From Felis catus (taxonomy: Eukaryota), in assembly GCF_018350175.1 (NCBI RefSeq), contig NC_058368.1, positions 10,168,001-10,232,000 on the forward strand: DNA of 64,000 nucleotides, read 5' to 3'. Positions 61,980-64,000 of the stretch are shown here, piece by piece. The notes under the pieces are model-generated. The model did not search any database. It was given only the letters and a program-made list of their open reading frames with translations, and was not told where the DNA came from. The translations under genes and the position numbers were made by a program. Position 1 is the stretch's first letter. Every line of letters begins with the position of its first letter.

Positions 61980-62390
61980 GTCTGTAGGCCAGATGCTATT
62001 CTGGGTTCAGGGAACCCGTCAGTGTACAAAATAAGTAAGATTTTCTGCCCTTAAAAGATGTTTCCATTCGAGTGGCGGTGGGGGGGGGGGACGATTGACA
62101 ATAAAAAATAAATACTGTAAATAAGCAAGTGATACAGTATTGTTAGAAGGGGATAAGTGCTATGGACAAAGAAAAGGTAACACCCAGGATATATGTGTGT
62201 GTATCGATGGGAATGGAGGGGGCCGTCAGTTGCAGCATCAGGTAAGGTGGTCAAAAGCGGCTTCAGTGAGAAGGGGACCTTCAAACTGAGACCCAGAGGA
62301 AGCGAGGGAGTGAGCCAAGGAAGCCAGGGGGATACCTGGGAGACAGCAGCCCAGACCTTGGAAGAGGGAAGCAAAGGTCTGGAGTGAGAT
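61980..62390 (-). mobile_element. L2 remnant
   Basis: 'ggccagatgctattctgggttcagggaacc...cttcagtgagaaggggaccttcaaactgagacc'. Confidence 0.7.
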
Positions 62391-64000
62391 GTGCCCCCTT
62401 GCTCTGCATATTCAAGGACTCACAGCATCCTGTCCCTGGTCCTCTGCTACGTGCCCATGAGACCATCGCTGCCAGGCTTCCCGTGACTATTTCTCACTGG
62501 TCTCCATGCAATGACCTCCTAAGAGGCAGATCTTTTCCCTCTTTGGAGTCTTCACTGCATCCAACTCTGTGATGTATGCCATTTCTCCTCCCTTGGCTTC
62601 TGCTATAGTGCTCTGTCTCTGGTTCGCCTACCCTCACTGTTCCTCCCTCTCCTTCTTCCTCCTCACCACCGCCCCCCGCCCATGCTGAGAGCCCCTCAAG
62701 GGCTACCCTCGGCCTTCTCCTTATACCACATTCCCTCATTAAGTATTGTCTTTTCTTCAGTGGGTTCGGCCATGATTTAAAATCTACTTCTCGACACCTG
62801 CTCTCTAAATGCTACATTCATTTCCTTGTGGATGAGCTACGGGCCTTTCGAACTTGAAGCGGCAACATTACAACTGCGCTGCCTTCAAATTCTGCAGTGT
62901 TTTCCTGTCTTGATTTCAGCCTTTGTCATTCAAATTGAGAACCTCGGAGCTCCCTGTGGTTGCTTTTTCTCTTCCTCACCTTCCACTTCCAGTCGCGGAC
63001 CGGTTCTTGTCCCTTCTCTCCTCTCATTTCCGCAGTCACTGCCCCGAGTGAGTCCTCACAGTTTCTCACATGTTCTAGTTAATTGGCCCACTGCCTGCAG
63101 TCTCTCCTGTTTGCATGTTGGCCCACGAGCTCTGGGCGGATTTGATTGGGCTCTGCTCTGCTCGGTCTTGAACAAATCTCAAGGGTCAAGGCCTTTTGGG
63201 ACACGGACACTTGCCATGTGATCTGAACTCGCTCCAGCTTCCTCGAGGTATGAACGTGATGAACATCACTATCGCTTTCTGGTTTTCATCCAAGATGGCT
63301 CTCGCAAGACATGGTTCATCCCATAACAGCAGTCTCCACGATGCTCCGGGTGAAACTTCTCACAGAAGTGACAGAATCCCAGCTACCCTTCAACGCCTTA
63401 ACACACTCCGTTTGCTTCAGGTCAAGTACGTGCTAAATAAAAATGACCTGCCTGCTCCCCTTAGCTGGGTTATGAAGTGGGAACGCTGCGGATCTAATCA
63501 CTCCATTTCTGGAAGGCTGATGTCTAGAGAAGAAACTAACATCATAACTAGAGACCTACTTTGCCACCTAAAGGAAGGCACTGCTTGGCCCCTTGTGGAC
63601 AGCTGTCATCGGTTCCAGTCTCCCGGAACACCTTTCATAACTGGGAGTGGGTGATTCTCACCATTTTAAAGCGTCTAGGATTGGCGTCTAGGCTTTATGT
63701 ATTCCAGACAGAAAAATGTATGGAGTTGGTAAGATCATTAGGATTTAGAATACCAAGACTTGTCAGACACGGACTCACTTATCATACATAATACTTGGCA
63801 ATTTAGGAAGTTCAAAGAAACAAAACCTGGAGCCAATCCAAACGCTGCGGGGTACTTCTAATTTCCTGGCTCCCCTGTTCTTTCCAGGGGCATATGCTGA
63901 GTTTCCCCAGCTCTGGGGCCCCGTCCTAAGCACTGTCTGAAAACTGCAGGTTATTAGACGTGACAAAAATGCTCTCGTGAATCTTTCAGCCGAAGCCCGT

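Noticed and set aside
63196..63654. 152-aa ORF near the window end
   Set aside because: Lies in degraded L2/MIR-like sequence; no similarity to expected WDR95 residues.
1..64000. CRISPR arrays, operons or other prokaryotic systems
   Set aside because: Sequence is mammalian; repeated units are dispersed SINEs and microsatellites, not repeat-spacer arrays.

Overview
Mammalian genomic DNA, almost certainly felid: about 32 tRNA-derived Can-SINEs, many close to the SINEC_Fc consensus, plus L1, L2, MIR, CR1/L3, MaLR LTR and DNA-transposon remnants. The ORF track is mostly noise; the real genes appear only as short spliced exons on the + strand. (1) The last coding exon and 3' end of TEX26 (4659-4750, DRQVLDRFIRSHC...). 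(2) A phase-consistent chain of six exons (37696-49013, plus a possible first exon at 36779) encoding an EF-hand-like N-terminus and the start of a WD40 region of the WDR49/EFCAB8/WDR95 family. Given TEX26 upstream, this is most likely WDR95 (coding in mouse, WDR95P pseudogene in human). The gene looks damaged: a TGA at 46772-46774, probably an in-frame deletion, and a weak acceptor. That TGA lies within a perfect CAG|GTGAGT donor whose use would splice the stop out in frame. Also present: candidate conserved enhancers (palindromic octamer with SOX site, RFX palindrome, PBX-HOX sites), a ~240-bp hairpin inside a DNA-transposon MITE, and several nested retrotransposon insertions. Gene and repeat-family names come from recall, not searches; repeat boundaries are approximate unless TSDs are given.
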